Positions 20,301-31,237 are shown, numbered from the stretch's first letter. The stretch is 64,000 bases of DNA from Smithellaceae bacterium (GCA_963667845.2 CAXXVL010000001.1:864001-928000); one strand, 5' to 3'. Notes: generated from the sequence alone by a model not told the origin. Translations and numbers: made by a program.

Positions 20301-21764
20301 TTATTCGCCCCAGTCGTTCTTACCCTTGCAGCGGTCCAACTTCTGATCCATCCAGGGAAGGATCTTTGCTGCAGGAACCCTGAAGACCGGTCCTGTATAA
20401 GAGGCGCCCTTGAACCAGTAGAAGGGGGGAATATTCATGGAAACCTTCTGCTGCTCGGGCGGCACATATTCGGTGACGCCCAGATCCATGATGGCCTTAT
20501 GGTCGCAGGCCCTCATTCTGACGACCTTGCCGTTGATATATTCGAAACTGTCATTTTCCCAGACTTTAATGATTTTTTCCGGATCGAGGCTCTTTGCTCT
20601 TTCCAAAACGCTCATGGCCCAGTAGGTGGTCATGACCCAGCCGGCGGCATTGGCTGTGAAATGCTGAAACGCAATGCTGCTGTAGGGAGGAGTCTTCCAC
20701 TTTTTCTGCTGTTCTTTCCATGCCGTATAGAACTTGATTTGATCTTTCGTTTTGAAGAAGGGGGTTGAATCATAATAGGCACTGATGTTGACAAGGCCCT
20801 TGGTTCCTTCGATGCCCGTCTCATGGAGATAGTTGGGTTCATCCACATAAATATTCGCAAAAGGCAGCATGATGCCCATCTGGCGGGCCTGCTTTAACAG
20901 GTTGCCGGCATCGGGCAGCCAGTCACCCGTGAAGATAACCTCGGCGCCGGAAGCTTTGACTTTGCTGAGATAAGGGGCATAGTCCGTCAGGAACAGTTTG
21001 TGAAAATCTTCGCCGACAATCTGTGCGTCGGGATAATACTCTTTGAGGCCTGCCTTGAAATCTTCTGCGAGTTGATGTCCGAAGGCATAATCCTGATTGA
21101 GGATATAGAATTTCTTTTCTTTCTTGCGGATCTGTCCGTAGTAATACGCCATGCCGCGGGAAACCGAAGCGGTGGAGAATGTCGCGTGGAAAGAATAGGG
21201 TGAGAAATTGACGGCGTCCTGAAGATCATCGGACATACAGGTGGCGTTAATGGCGATAATCTTATATTTTCTGGCCGTCTCGTTAATGACTTTCATGAAA
21301 TGGCTGCCGTCTGTACCCCAGAAGAAATTTACCTTCTCCTGCAGAGCCATTCGTTCGGTGACTTTTTTGCACTGATCTATTTTCGACATGTGATCGGCTT
21401 TAATGACTTCGATCAGCTTCTTTTTACCGTCGACCAGAATACCGCCGCGTTTGTTGATGTCGTGGGCGACCCATTGCGCCATAGCGAAGTAGATCTGACC
21501 GTTGTATGCGCTTGGCCCGGAAAAGGCCGCGACGACGGCGATCTTAATCGTGTCACCGGTGGGGGTGACGGGATTGCCCGGATCGAAATCCGACATATCC
21601 GACAATTTTTTAGCATCGAAAACGGCTGCGGCTTTTACCGCTTTACCGGATTTGTCCCCTTTGGCCGAGAAAGCGGTTGATGGATTAAAAGCTACCAGAG
21701 ACCATACGACAAGAACAAGAAATACAACCGAAAAACACTTACACATTTGCTTCATCTTTTTCAT
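20301..21764 (-). CDS. Branched-chain amino acid-type (type 1 periplasmic) ABC substrate-binding protein, no permease adjacent
   Basis: Signal peptide; IKIA..FSGP, INKRGGI, QDYAFG, TDYAPYLSKVKASGAE, MRACDH. Confidence 0.85.
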   Translation of the reverse strand: MKKMKQMCKCFSVVFLVLVVWSLVAFNPSTAFSAKGDKSGKAVKAAAVFDAKKLSDMSDFDPGNPVTPTGDTIKIAVVAAFSGPSAYNGQIYFAMAQWVAHDINKRGGILVDGKKKLIEVIKADHMSKIDQCKKVTERMALQEKVNFFWGTDGSHFMKVINETARKYKIIAINATCMSDDLQDAVNFSPYSFHATFSTASVSRGMAYYYGQIRKKEKKFYILNQDYAFGHQLAEDFKAGLKEYYPDAQIVGEDFHKLFLTDYAPYLSKVKASGAEVIFTGDWLPDAGNLLKQARQMGIMLPFANIYVDEPNYLHETGIEGTKGLVNISAYYDSTPFFKTKDQIKFYTAWKEQQKKWKTPPYSSIAFQHFTANAAGWVMTTYWAMSVLERAKSLDPEKIIKVWENDSFEYINGKVVRMRACDHKAIMDLGVTEYVPPEQQKVSMNIPPFYWFKGASYTGPVFRVPAAKILPWMDQKLDRCKGKNDWGE

Positions 21765-22182
21765 TCCTCCTTGTTACTGAATTGATGAAGCCGCAAGAAG
21801 CATGCATCTTTTAATTTCCTTGAGCCATTGCGCTAACGGAATAACGATTTTTTGCATTGATTCCTTTTTCGCTATGAGTGGGATACAAGATCCATTTCAT
21901 GATTTCATCTTACGGTTTCACGTTAATTGGTTACTCGGGCAGCACAACATCCGGCATGTAGCTGATTCATCAGGCAGTCAAAAGACGCTGGGTCAAAAGG
22001 TCATGCTGCTTGTTTTTACCTTACCAGTATTTATTTAAAATCAATAAGACTGCAATATAAATTAGAGTAATAAATACAATAATTTATATTGCATCTTAAG
22101 CGTCTCGATAATTCTTATACATGTTTAACATGTGTCCGCTGAATCGGTAAAATTCCCTTCTTTCTTTCGGGAGATTATCGTA

Positions 22183-23295
22183 TTAAGCGAGAAATTTTTT
22201 CGGAACGTCCCGGAGGATAGCCTCCGCTTCCTTGACGACGTTCTGGACCATGTCATTGACTTTGGGCATGTCATTGATCCTTTGCGCCGCTTCACCGGCT
22301 GCCATGAGCGCCTTTGTCTTGTCGCCGTCGTAAACGGCCTTGATGGATTCGAGCTCATAAGCGATTAAGGACATATCAATCGTGGTAAAGTCATCGGGTG
22401 TTCCCAAGAAGACGCCGGGCGATTTTTTGAGCGTGTTTACTGCATGCTCTTCACTGCGCGCGTTTTTCAACCAGCGGGCCGGTCCCACAAATCCGCGGGC
22501 TACAAGGGTTCCTCTGTCGGTGGCTGCCACAACGGCTTCCTTCCAGATCTGGTGGAAATCACTTTCCTGCGTGGCCAGGAATCTCGTCCCCATCTGAACG
22601 CCGTCGGCACCGAGAACCAATGCGGCCGCCAGGGTCTTCCCGTCGCAGAATCCGCCCGCGCCGCAGACCAGGGTTTTATCATCCGATACAGCTTCGACCA
22701 CGGCGGGCAGCAGGATCATGGAATGAACCGGCTCCCACGACGTATGGAATCCGCCTTCATGGCCAGACGCCACGATGACATCCACGCCTGCCTTCTTGCA
22801 GCGCAGAGCGCCCTTGACGGAAGGAACCACGTGCATCCAGGTCATTCCGGCACCCTTGATCTTGTCATGCCATCCCACCGGGTCGCCCGCGGAAGTGAAG
22901 ATGACTTTGAAGTGCTTCTTCAATTCGGGATTCTCTTCCCGCACCCGGATGGCCGTATCAATAATAATTTTCGCTTCTGCGGCCATTTCCGCCGCCACCA
23001 TGACGTTGATGCCGAAAACACCGCCCTTGTCCTTCGTCAGACGATAGGTGCGCTTCAATACCTTCTCGATGGCGGTTTGCATGTCGTCATCCGGATTGGC
23101 CTCTGCCGTCTTGATCCAGGCATCGTAAACAAAAGGCTGCTGGTCCCGGCTGGTAAGGCCGCTCGTGGAGAGCAAACCAAGGCAACCGGCATTGGCGGCT
23201 GCAACGCCGAGGTTGTTATTGCTGAAAGGGCCCATGCCCGCCTGAATTATAGGATACTTAATCCCGATCAGATTACAGAGTCTTGACTTAATCAT
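22183..23295 (-). CDS. Nitronate monooxygenase / FabK-like FMN-dependent enoyl reductase
   Basis: YPIIQAGMG, SGHEGGFH, GAGG..DG, GADGVQMGTRF. Confidence 0.88.
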   Translation of the reverse strand: MIKSRLCNLIGIKYPIIQAGMGPFSNNNLGVAAANAGCLGLLSTSGLTSRDQQPFVYDAWIKTAEANPDDDMQTAIEKVLKRTYRLTKDKGGVFGINVMVAAEMAAEAKIIIDTAIRVREENPELKKHFKVIFTSAGDPVGWHDKIKGAGMTWMHVVPSVKGALRCKKAGVDVIVASGHEGGFHTSWEPVHSMILLPAVVEAVSDDKTLVCGAGGFCDGKTLAAALVLGADGVQMGTRFLATQESDFHQIWKEAVVAATDRGTLVARGFVGPARWLKNARSEEHAVNTLKKSPGVFLGTPDDFTTIDMSLIAYELESIKAVYDGDKTKALMAAGEAAQRINDMPKVNDMVQNVVKEAEAILRDVPKKFLA

Positions 23296-23358
23296 AAAGC
23301 ATCTCCTTTATTTTATTGAACTATTACTAGTAGCTTTCTGTTTAACTGCCGTTTGAAT

Positions 23359-23407
23359 AAAACAAACGTATGTTTTTTCAAATATCCAAAGGACGCCTGT
23401 TTGTCAA
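23359..23407 (-). promoter_or_regulatory. Promoter of the FabK-like gene with an adjacent palindromic operator
   Basis: Minus-strand TTGACA-N17-TATTTG (23407-23379) followed by AAAACAAACGTATGTTTT (23359-23376), a near-perfect palindrome repeated at 31762. Confidence 0.55.
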
Positions 23408-23724
23408 GGATTTTCATCTGTTAAGTTTCTAATATACTTAAATCATAAAGAAAAAATCTAAAACTGCTTGACAGGGCAAGCGGATTCATATAGACGAAAA
23501 TAAAACGGCTGTTTTATAGCAATTATGTAACACTTTGTTAATATTGATAAAATAATCGTAACGGACCTGACCGTAAGCAAAAAGCTTTGATCGAAAACGA
23601 CCACCTATAGGGGTGCCGGCAGTTTTCATGCGGCATCCCTGCTGAGTCTCGCGATCGACGATAAGATCGACAGATAATAGACAATCCAAACGGGCTTGCA
23701 AAACTAGAGGAAAGGGGAGAATCT

Positions 23725-24495
23725 TTGGAAATTAAGAGATACGACAATAAAGTGGTTCTGGTCACGGGCGGTACGTCCGGGATCGGACGAGCCACGGCTG
23801 TGGCCTTTGGCCGGGAAGGCGCAGAGGTTATCATTGCCGCGCGAAGGGAAAATCTGGGCAGCGAAGTTGTCCGCGAAATCGAAGCCAGTGGTGGAAAAGC
23901 CGTATTCATTCGGACCGATATCCGGGTTCCCGCGGAAATCGACCTTCTTTTTCAGGAAATCGCGGCGCGGTACGGACGCCTGGATGTGGCCTTTAACAAT
24001 GCCGGCCTCAGTTCATTCGGAATGCCGCCTGCCGCCAAGATCACGGAAGACGAATGGGACGACATTCTCAACACCAATCTCCGAGGCACATGGCTTTGCA
24101 TGAAGCAGGAAGTCGCCATGATGCTCAAGCAGGGCGGCGGTGTGATTGTGAACACCGCCTCGGTGCTGGGCGTGACGGGAGAATACGGGCTGGCATCTTA
24201 TTGCGCAAGCAAACACGGCATCATCGGCCTCACCAAAACCGCTGCCCTGGAATATGCTCATAAAAATATCCGCGTCAATGCCGTTTGTCCGGGGCCGATC
24301 CGCACGGAAATGATGGAAGCTCCTATGGCCCATTATCCCAAAATGAAAGATTTACTGCTTGCCAAGACGCCTATGAAACGACTGGCCGAACCGGAAGAGA
24401 TTGCAGGTGCGGTGTTGTGGCTCGCCTCCGGCGAATCTTCGTTTATGACCGGGAAAGAATTGGTGGTTGCGGGCGGTCAGGGCATTTCATCCTAA
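23725..24495 (+). CDS. SDR family oxidoreductase
   Basis: TGGTSGIG, NNAG, YCASK catalytic motif. Confidence 0.92.
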   Translation: MEIKRYDNKVVLVTGGTSGIGRATAVAFGREGAEVIIAARRENLGSEVVREIEASGGKAVFIRTDIRVPAEIDLLFQEIAARYGRLDVAFNNAGLSSFGMPPAAKITEDEWDDILNTNLRGTWLCMKQEVAMMLKQGGGVIVNTASVLGVTGEYGLASYCASKHGIIGLTKTAALEYAHKNIRVNAVCPGPIRTEMMEAPMAHYPKMKDLLLAKTPMKRLAEPEEIAGAVLWLASGESSFMTGKELVVAGGQGISS

Positions 24496-24524
24496 TGGCT
24501 CTTGCACGAGAAAGGAGATAGAAT

Positions 24525-25295
24525 TTGAAAACAAATAGATTTCAGGACAAAGTAGTTCTGGTCACCGGGGGCAATTCGGGAATCGGCCGCGCCGCGGCGC
24601 TGGCGTTTGCCCGCGAAGGCGCCGAAGTCGTTATCGCCGCCCGCCGGGAAGAGCAGGGCAACGCTGTCCTCGCGGAAATAAAAAATGATAAAGGACGGGC
24701 CCGGTTTATTCAGACCGATGTCACTAAAAAAGGGGACATCGAAAACCTGTTTAAAGTGATCGGCGATGAATACGGACGGCTGGACTGCGCTTTCAACAAC
24801 GCCGGCGTCAGTTCGCCGACGATGCGGCGGATCGTCAATACCACCATGGACGAGTGGGATTGGATGATGAACACCAATCTGAAGGGTGTCTGGCGATGTA
24901 TGAAATATGAAATTCCGCTGATGCTGAAACAAGGCGGCGGAGCCATCGTCAATAATTCATCCATCGCGGGTATTCATACGGAAGTCGGCCTGTCGATTTA
25001 TGCCGCAAGCAAGCACGGCGTGCTGGGGCTTACCCGGGCCGCCGCTCTCGATTATGCTCACAGGAAAATCCGCATCAATGCCGTCTGCCCGGGATTTATC
25101 CATACGCCCATGCTGGAGGAGCCCTGGCGGCAAAATCCGCAAGTCAAAGATATCACGATGGCGCTGGTTCCGATGAAGCGATTCGGCAAGCCCGAAGAGA
25201 TCGCGGGGGCTGTCGTGTGGATGTGTTCTGAGGAAGCCTCCTTTATGACGGGCAAGGAAATGGTCATCGGCGGTGGACAGGCCATTCATTCGTGA
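24525..25295 (+). CDS. SDR family oxidoreductase (tandem paralog)
   Basis: TGGNSGIG, NNAG, YAASK; same length (256 aa) and colinear with the upstream gene. Confidence 0.92.
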   Translation: MKTNRFQDKVVLVTGGNSGIGRAAALAFAREGAEVVIAARREEQGNAVLAEIKNDKGRARFIQTDVTKKGDIENLFKVIGDEYGRLDCAFNNAGVSSPTMRRIVNTTMDEWDWMMNTNLKGVWRCMKYEIPLMLKQGGGAIVNNSSIAGIHTEVGLSIYAASKHGVLGLTRAAALDYAHRKIRINAVCPGFIHTPMLEEPWRQNPQVKDITMALVPMKRFGKPEEIAGAVVWMCSEEASFMTGKEMVIGGGQAIHS

Positions 25296-25337
25296 TTATT
25301 TTTAACTAAAAAAGAGACTGTAAAAATAAAGGAGAAT

Positions 25338-27278
25338 ATGATGAGCGCACTGAGTAGTATTTTATCGCCTTTGAAGATCAGGTCGATGGAACTTTCCAAC
25401 CGGGTGGTTATGCCCCCCATGGGGACGAATCTGGGAAACAAAGATGGAACGGTCAGCGACGAGAATCTTGCCTACATTACACGCCGCGCCAAAGGGCAGC
25501 CCGGCCTGATCATCACGGAGATCACCGGCGTTCATCCCGACGGCGTAGTGGGCCCCAGCCAGATCGGCGCCTACGATGACCGCTTTATTCCGGGGCTCGC
25601 GAAAATGGCCGAGGCGGCGCATAAAGAAGGCTGCAAGATCGCCATGCAGATTCATCACACCGGACGGGAAAGCCTATATCTTCTGGGAAAGGGCAGGGCC
25701 ATGGCGCCGTCTGCCATACCGAGCATCGTTTTTAAGGGCATGCCCAGGGAAATGACGCTTACCGATATCAAGGAAGCCATTGCCTGCTTCGGATCGGCGG
25801 CCGGGCGCGCGCGGGAAGCCGGCTTTGATGCCGTGGAAATTCACGGCGCCCACGGTTATCTTTTAACGCAGTTTCTCTCGACCCTGACCAACCAGCGGTC
25901 CGATCAGTACGGCGGAGCAACATTGAAAGAACGATCGCGGTTTGTTCTCGAAGTCATCGCGGAAGTCCGGCGTCAGGTGGGTCCTGACTATCCTGTTTCC
26001 ATCCGACTCTCCGCTCAGGAATTCATCAAGGGCGGTTACAGCGCGGAAGACATGCAGACAATTATTCCTGATATCGTGAAAGCCGGAGCCGATATGATTC
26101 ACGCGTCTTTCGGCACCCACGGCAGCCCCGGCGGCATCACCCAGGCGCCCGGCGAATACGCTCCCGGCTTTAATGTCTGGATTGCGAAAAAAATGAAGGA
26201 CGTTACCTCCGTACCGGTTATTGCCGTTGGCCGCTTTACCGATCCGGCCGCAGCCGATGCGGCCATTGCCAAAGGCGACGCGGATCTGATTGCTTTCGGG
26301 CGGCAGTTTTTGGCCGACCCGGATTTTCTTGTAAAAGCCAAAGCAGGCCGGACAGCGGACATCCGGCAATGTATCGCGTGCAACCAGGGATGCATCGAAA
26401 GAGAAATGCTGGGAGAAGGAAATATCCGCTGTTCCATCAATCCCGAAACCGGTCAGGAAACCATCTATCCCAAAGGTCCGGCGGCCAAACCCCGGAACGT
26501 TTGGGTTGTGGGTTCCGGCCCCGCAGGCCTGATTGCCGCCTCCGAGGCCGAACGTCTCGGACATCAGGTCACCCTTTTTGAAAAGAAGAAAATTATGGGC
26601 GGGCAGATCCGCTACGCGCAGGTTCCTCCGCACAAAGAGATTTACGGCGAATGGATCGACTGGCAGATTGGCCAGATCGAGAAGTCCAAAGTGACCATCA
26701 AAAAAGAGACCGAAGTCACGGAAGCGCTGCTTGCAGGCGGAAAGCCTGATTTTGTCATTGTGGCCACGGGCGGAGAAAAAGTTGTTCCTCCCATCGCCGG
26801 CGTTGATCAATCATTTGTTTGCGATGCCTGGCAAATTCTGGACGGCCGGGTTGCTCCCGGAAAAAATGTTGTCGTCATCGGCGGCGGGCTCATCGGCATG
26901 GAAGTGGCGGACTATCTCAGCGAAAAGGGCGTCAAAGTCACGGTTGTCGAAATGCTGAAACGCTCGCCCGTGCTGAAAATCACGTCCCATGGCTACATGC
27001 TGCATAACCGCTTGCGCGAAAGGGGTTGCCGGCTGATCTTTGGTATAGAAGTCAAATCCATTGGCGACGGCTGTGTGGAGTGCAGCGCGGACAACGAAGC
27101 ATCGACACTCTCTCCCGTGGACCAGGTGGTGATTGCCGTCGGGATGAAACCCGTCAACGCCCTGCAGGGCGTTCTGGAGAAGCTGGCGATTCCCTTTACC
27201 CTGGTCGGCGACGCCAAGGCGACAAGAAGAATCATCGAGGCCACGGAAGAAGGCGCGCGCGCGGCCTGGGCGCTGTAA
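25338..27278 (+). CDS. NADH:flavin oxidoreductase (OYE barrel + Fe-S + FAD domain; 2,4-dienoyl-CoA reductase/BaiCD-like)
   Basis: EIHGAHGYL, NQRSDQYGG, CIACNQGC...C Fe-S motif, two Rossmann motifs (GSGPAG, GGGLIG). Confidence 0.9.
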   Translation: MMSALSSILSPLKIRSMELSNRVVMPPMGTNLGNKDGTVSDENLAYITRRAKGQPGLIITEITGVHPDGVVGPSQIGAYDDRFIPGLAKMAEAAHKEGCKIAMQIHHTGRESLYLLGKGRAMAPSAIPSIVFKGMPREMTLTDIKEAIACFGSAAGRAREAGFDAVEIHGAHGYLLTQFLSTLTNQRSDQYGGATLKERSRFVLEVIAEVRRQVGPDYPVSIRLSAQEFIKGGYSAEDMQTIIPDIVKAGADMIHASFGTHGSPGGITQAPGEYAPGFNVWIAKKMKDVTSVPVIAVGRFTDPAAADAAIAKGDADLIAFGRQFLADPDFLVKAKAGRTADIRQCIACNQGCIEREMLGEGNIRCSINPETGQETIYPKGPAAKPRNVWVVGSGPAGLIAASEAERLGHQVTLFEKKKIMGGQIRYAQVPPHKEIYGEWIDWQIGQIEKSKVTIKKETEVTEALLAGGKPDFVIVATGGEKVVPPIAGVDQSFVCDAWQILDGRVAPGKNVVVIGGGLIGMEVADYLSEKGVKVTVVEMLKRSPVLKITSHGYMLHNRLRERGCRLIFGIEVKSIGDGCVECSADNEASTLSPVDQVVIAVGMKPVNALQGVLEKLAIPFTLVGDAKATRRIIEATEEGARAAWAL

Positions 27279-27320
27279 AAACATACGGAATAAAATATTT
27301 TAGATCCCCCTTTTTTTACC

Positions 27321-27369
27321 GGGACGGGGGAGATTTGCAAGCGATGAGCTTGAGAATCTCCCCCGTCCC
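27321..27369. terminator. Strong hairpin between convergent transcription units
   Basis: gggacgggggagatt ... aatctcccccgtccc, a 15-bp perfect inverted repeat. Confidence 0.5.
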
Positions 27370-27825
27370 ATTGCTTTGTAAAATGTTTTTCCCGAGTCAT
27401 TTCGGCGCCTGCCGGGGAGAAATCTTCTTCTCAGAAATTAGAGCGGATGGCAGACAGTAAAGACAGTTGAAATGGACGCCGGTGAAGACAAGTCTCACCT
27501 GCGTTTTTCAGTTTCGGGAAATTGAGAATTTCAGGGACATCTCCTCCAACCGTCGTTCATCAATCGCATCGCCGAAATCACTCAAGTCATTCCGCGCGGG
27601 ATAACAGCTTCATTGAGGATGCCAAAAGAACAAAAGCAGGCAGCCCCGTGTGTTATTGTGCAACGGAAAAGCAAAAGGAGAGCCTTAAATGGTTCGCGCA
27701 AATGCAGAAACGAACACAGTCGGCCATTACGGATGCGGTTCGGAGCGGGAAGGCGATTGTTAAGAACAATTCTTGCCTGATGGAATGAAGATAAGTTGAT
27801 ATTTTGCAGTCCGTATCGCCTGGGT

Positions 27826-29655
27826 TTAGATCTGATGGACCCAGTCGATTGTCAGAGCTTGCGCCATTTCGGACAATCCTTCGAAAGTCACACGAATGCA
27901 ATAGTGTTTTTCTTCTTTCCGGGTATGCCGGACGATGGCCTTTACGCCGTTCAAATGCTTCAGGGATTGATCCTCGATATGCAGCATAATTTGCGAACCG
28001 ACACCCAGTGGACCTGACACTTCCAGCAATGCCCCACCCGGTCCTGCATTGGTAAGCACTGCGTTCTGGACTTCATCCGCCAGTCCCTCCAGGTGATATT
28101 GAATATTCATATGAATGTTTCGGCGCATGGCCTGGCGCGACACCCTTGAGGCAGAGGTTGCCTCGAATACCTCGACAAGAGTCTCCCGTCCCTTTACCGT
28201 GATCGGCTCCATTTTTTTGAGCGTCGCTTCCCGCCCGAGCTCGTCGGCGACCTGTTTCGTGATGACAATCTGACCGGCCCCGGCGGCGCTGCATAGACGG
28301 GCGGCCAAATTGATATTATCTCCGATAGCCGTGTAGGTCATCCGTTCCTGAGATCCCATGTTGCCCATTACGACATCACCGCTGTTGACACCGATGCCGA
28401 CGCTCATCTGCTTTTTGCCGAGCTTGGTCCGCGCGCGATTGAGCGTCTTGCAGAAGCGCTGAATTTCAACGGCCGCCCGGACGGCATTGAGTTCCTGATC
28501 TTTCCCCTCAAAGATCGCCATAATTTCATCGCCGACGTACTTGTCCACGATGCCACCCCGGCTGCCGATAATGCCGGCCTGCATATTGAGATAGACATTG
28601 AGAACCTCCACAACTTCTTCCGGGCTCATCTGCTCGGACATGGAGGTAAAGCCCCGTACATCGGAAAACAGCGCTGTTACATATTTTCTTTCTCCGCCCA
28701 GCTTCAGATCGGACGTGTCGCGTGCTTTGCGGATGCGTTTCAACGTGGAGTGAGAAAGGTATTTCTCCATATAAAATTTTTCCCGGAGGCTCAAAACCAT
28801 CTGATTGAAAGACTCGGTCAACTTGCCGATCTCGTCCTTGTAGGCAACTTTCAACTGCTGATTCAAATCACCCGAAGCGACGATCTGCATGCCGACGGCC
28901 AGCGTGTAAATCGGTCCGGTGAGTACCTTCGACAAGGCAAGGGCAATTAACAAGCCGATGGCCACAAAAATCAAGGATATCCAGAAAAAAATCATTTTTT
29001 GCTTGCCGATGGCTTCTTGCAGTTCTTTTTCAGAAAGGCCGATCCGGGCCGTGCCGACGCGGATATTTTTTTCATGGTACAGAATCGTAATCGGCATGGC
29101 CGCATCGATGACCGACTCAGAATTATAAACGGTTTTCTGAAAAAGAAGCTGCTGCGCCGCCAGAGTGTTTTTATCCAGAGGAGCGGAAAGCGTCTTGCCT
29201 TTTTCCGTCAGTTTACTGTGGACAAAAATCGCGCCCTGGCCATCCAAAACCATGGCGTAAACTACGCCTGAGTTTTTCTGCAGGTCTTTGATCGTGGCAA
29301 AAGCAAGCAGGTCGTCCTTGGTCATCAAAGACTCCTTGCCGACGCCGGCCAACTGCTGAACGATTACCGCCGCGCGCTTTTCAAGTTCCTCTTCCAGAAT
29401 ACTTTTCTGCTTTGAGAATGTGACCATCCCTAGAGAGGCGATCGCCAGAACCAGAATCAAAACCAACGCTCCCGCTATTTTATAGCGGATGCTCATGGAC
29501 GATACGAAAAATGAAATCTTTGTGTATGCACTGAGGGGAGGCAGAGGCTTGCGCTCTTCGACGCTCGTCAGAGCGGTCGTGGCGGAGAGGGCGGACTCCT
29601 CTTGAGGAATATCGATTATTCTTTCGCTCTTCTCATCCAGCTTGCCGGGGCTCAT
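27826..29655 (-). CDS. Membrane class III adenylate cyclase (2 TM, HAMP) with C-terminal PilZ-like domain
   Basis: HAMP (DEIGKLTESFNQM), LFSDVRGFT, DKYVGD, YTAIGDNINLAAR; C-terminal RQAMR...NAGPGG. Confidence 0.88.
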   Translation of the reverse strand: MSPGKLDEKSERIIDIPQEESALSATTALTSVEERKPLPPLSAYTKISFFVSSMSIRYKIAGALVLILVLAIASLGMVTFSKQKSILEEELEKRAAVIVQQLAGVGKESLMTKDDLLAFATIKDLQKNSGVVYAMVLDGQGAIFVHSKLTEKGKTLSAPLDKNTLAAQQLLFQKTVYNSESVIDAAMPITILYHEKNIRVGTARIGLSEKELQEAIGKQKMIFFWISLIFVAIGLLIALALSKVLTGPIYTLAVGMQIVASGDLNQQLKVAYKDEIGKLTESFNQMVLSLREKFYMEKYLSHSTLKRIRKARDTSDLKLGGERKYVTALFSDVRGFTSMSEQMSPEEVVEVLNVYLNMQAGIIGSRGGIVDKYVGDEIMAIFEGKDQELNAVRAAVEIQRFCKTLNRARTKLGKKQMSVGIGVNSGDVVMGNMGSQERMTYTAIGDNINLAARLCSAAGAGQIVITKQVADELGREATLKKMEPITVKGRETLVEVFEATSASRVSRQAMRRNIHMNIQYHLEGLADEVQNAVLTNAGPGGALLEVSGPLGVGSQIMLHIEDQSLKHLNGVKAIVRHTRKEEKHYCIRVTFEGLSEMAQALTIDWVHQI

Positions 29656-30134
29656 GATCCGCTCATCTCTTTAAGTCTCTTGAGGATTTGATCGACTTTT
29701 TTGACATTTTCCCGCGCCTTTTCGGCTAAATCGGTCTTGCGGTCCAGCTTGATCACCGTCTGCCAGGCCTCTTTTGCCTGCTCGAATTTGTCCTGGGCGT
29801 AATACCTCATCCCGATGTTGTAATATTTTTGCTGGATCGCCGGAATATTGCCCCCCGTCGGAGGATGCGATGTCGATTCCTTATGCGCAGGCGTTTGTTC
29901 CCGATCCCGGTGTTTCTCCACCACGGCGGGCGCTTTGGACGGGCTGTCCTTGACCACTCCCTTGGGACGAGGTTTTGTATCCTCGGAACGAGGTTTAACA
30001 TCCTCGGAAGCAGCGGGAGATTTGGGAGCGTCTTTCGGCTCCGTTTTCTTGGTCTGCTCCGTAAAAAAAGAACAGGAAACGAAAAAAACCACTGCGGTGG
30101 CAAACAAAAAAATGTTTGTTACGTTTATTTTCAT
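29652..30134 (-). CDS. Lipoprotein with a C-terminal TPR motif
   Basis: Lipobox FVSC, low-complexity Pro/Lys linker, YYNIGMRYY...A...W TPR; 4-nt overlap with the cyclase. Confidence 0.7.
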   Translation of the reverse strand: MKINVTNIFLFATAVVFFVSCSFFTEQTKKTEPKDAPKSPAASEDVKPRSEDTKPRPKGVVKDSPSKAPAVVEKHRDREQTPAHKESTSHPPTGGNIPAIQQKYYNIGMRYYAQDKFEQAKEAWQTVIKLDRKTDLAEKARENVKKVDQILKRLKEMSGS

Positions 30135-30234
30135 ATCCCATACCGCAATGTTCTCTGAAAATTAAATGCTTCGCCTCTTTTGCCTTTGTGCGTTCCGGTG
30201 GACGCGGGACAATGCCGACTTGAAAATGGATTGA

Positions 30235-30263
30235 AGTATAAGAAGAACAACCCCGCCTGTCAA
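30235..30263 (-). promoter_or_regulatory. Sigma70-type promoter for the TPR lipoprotein-cyclase operon
   Basis: Minus-strand TTGACA-N17-TATACT. Confidence 0.7.
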
Positions 30264-30586
30264 TGAAAAAGTCAGTCGCTGTAAGAGACAATAATATGTC
30301 CGGACATGCGGCACATAACCTGTCCGGTTTGGAAGCTGCCTGTGAGAGGTGGCGAATGAAGCGGCCGGTGATGTTACAGGAGATGCGGAGAAGGCGATTT
30401 GCAGAGCTTTATGAGGACTGAGCGGGATAAGGGGGCCAAGTTTGCGCTGAGGCATGTTCGCTTTCTTTCATGGCTGTTGTCCGGCTGCGCACCGGTTGCG
30501 ATTAAGAAATAAAGATCATTTGGGGCGCCGGGGCATTTGAGATTTCTTGATTGGTCCCCCATCAATAATTTTCTTTTCTGATCTTC

Positions 30587-31237
30587 TTAACCGGATTCCG
30601 GGATGATCGCCTTCAGGATGGTCTCTTCGGCCAGGTCCAGGTATTCTTCGTGGGTGTATCTTTTCAAATTCCAGCTTCTCAAGGGGTAAAGCGAAAGCTG
30701 GAAGACCAGCATGTTGGCTGCGAAAAAAGGATCCCTGACGCTGAAAACCTTTTGTTCAACGCCTCTGGCAATGATGCCTTCAAAGATTTTGACGAGATCA
30801 TTTTCTTTATTTAAAACAAATTTCAGGAATTTGGGGGGAAGGACTCTGGTTTCACGATACATCATGAGAACATCATTTACGACTTCATGGATCATGATCA
30901 GCATTTGATGAAGACCGAATTTCAACTGTTCTTTTGGGTCTTCTATTTCAAAAACCCCGGCGCTTACAAACCACTCCATTGCAGGCCCGTGATATGTGTT
31001 AAAGGCAAGGCAAAGAATGTCTTCTTTGCTGTCGATATAACTATACAGGTTTCCCAGGTTGATGCCTGTCGCTTTTGCGATATCGCGCATGGTGGTTTGC
31101 GAATAACCTTTTTTGATGAATAACTTGGAAGCTTTTTTTACAATCAGACGTTGACGCTTCTGAATGGGGTCCCGGCGCTCACTCTCGGGTTGCCCTGCTG
31201 TTTCAGAACGACGGTTGCTGTTTTTGGTTTTGTTCAT
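30587..31237 (-). CDS. TetR/AcrR family transcriptional regulator
   Basis: LFIKKGYSQTTMRDIAKATGINLGNLYSYIDSKEDIL helix-turn-helix. Confidence 0.93.
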   Translation of the reverse strand: MNKTKNSNRRSETAGQPESERRDPIQKRQRLIVKKASKLFIKKGYSQTTMRDIAKATGINLGNLYSYIDSKEDILCLAFNTYHGPAMEWFVSAGVFEIEDPKEQLKFGLHQMLIMIHEVVNDVLMMYRETRVLPPKFLKFVLNKENDLVKIFEGIIARGVEQKVFSVRDPFFAANMLVFQLSLYPLRSWNLKRYTHEEYLDLAEETILKAIIPESG

